Of a stretch of 20,000 nucleotides of DNA, positions 19,046 through 20,000 are shown one piece after another. The position numbers and the translations under genes were made by a program. Positions within the stretch are counted from its first letter, which is position 1, and each line of letters starts with the position of its first letter. This DNA is from Moniliella sp. 'wahieum' (lineage: Eukaryota). The notes beneath the pieces were generated by a model that saw only the letters and a program-made list of their open reading frames with translations, was not told the origin of the DNA and did not search any database. Where the stretch lies: positions 365,089 through 385,088 of the forward strand of contig RSEE01000067.1 of NCBI GenBank assembly GCA_003971905.1, read 5' to 3'.

Positions 19046-20000
19046 CCGTCTCGTCCCTGTGCTCATTCCTTGGTCGCCTGCGGCCTGTGAGTGTCGGCTT
19101 GGGATCGGAGCGTAGGATTGGGCCTGGAGTAGGAGGGAGGAGCGTGCAATGGCAGTCACGTGGGTGGGCTGTCGTTGGACAACAATCCCCCACGCACATA
19201 GAACGGCATCCCACACATCGATCCGGCTTGCATCGGGTGGTCTTGCTGGGGTGTGTCGTTCCCCTTTCCCTCCCTCTCTTCCCCTTCTTCCCCTCATGCC
19301 AAAAAAGGACTGGGCGCCTTGCTCAGTCTGTCATGTGGCTTGGTCGGGGCTCCCGCTTTTTGGTGTGGCGGCGTGCGCTGGTTCTTGCCAAAATCCATGT
19401 GTTCTATGCACTGTTTTCTTTGCCCCCATCGATACGTCGATGTGTCGGTGCTGCTGCGCGGTAGCTGCATTAGTGTAGTATCTCAGTAGTCTTCCTCAGG
19501 AATAATCAACAACAGCCCCCCCCCCCACTTTTACCTCTCGCCTGGCCACGGCATGCCCCTAGTAGCACGACTGTGCAAAACGGGGTACTAGAAAGGGATG
19601 GTGGGAGAGCGGCACTAGACCAGGGTTGGAGGTAGTGTGCGTGGCCCATCCCGCGGCCCTACTACGTGGGTGTAGTAGCGGCAACTATAGCAGCAGAAAC
19701 GATTGCGTTCCCTCGCGAATGATGGCTTTGACTACAGCCGCTCGCATAAGGAGTTTGCCACTGCACTGAGGCAACTGATTTAATTTCTCTGGTCCCAACA
19801 ACCGTCGTTCCAGCCAAGACCAATAAAAAGGTGTCCGCTGCTGCCCTCTGTTCCTCCCCCCTCCTGCGCACAGTAGACGCAACCGGTGCCGTCCCAGTCG
19901 CTGCCCAACATGCAGCTATGAAGGCGCTCCAAGAGCATCGACATGCAGACGCTACCGTGTGCCGGTAAACAGTTCCCTCCCGAGAGCCGGGGGGGGGGGG

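Noticed and set aside
19662..20000. Possible 3' end of a minus-strand gene and terminal poly-G run
   Set aside because: No recognisable domain in any frame. The homopolymer at the window edge is uninformative and not telomeric.

Overview
GC-rich, gene-dense eukaryotic DNA with short spliceosomal introns (GTAYGT/GTGAGT ... CTRAC ... YAG). This indicates a fungus, probably a yeast-like basidiomycete (inference). Frequent single-base deletions break almost every gene into ORF fragments. They also hit the essential RPL20 gene four times, so they are most likely uncorrected long-read errors. Stitching frames gives seven genes: a fatty-acid hydroxylase/sterol-desaturase family protein (+), a Gre2-like extended SDR reductase (+), a ~8 kb gene for a ~2,600-aa protein (+), a single-C2H2 zinc-finger factor (-), an Osm1/Frd1-like FAD fumarate reductase (-), SEN15 (-) and RPL20 (+). 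The most unusual item is the giant gene. It appears to carry an N-terminal tandem array of up to five divergent dynein-light-chain LC8 (DYNLL/Dyn2)-like domains, a long Pro/Glu/Ser-rich disordered linker with two coding minisatellites, and a further LC8-like domain near the C-terminus. Gene ends, and the single-gene model for the giant gene, are approximate because of the indels.
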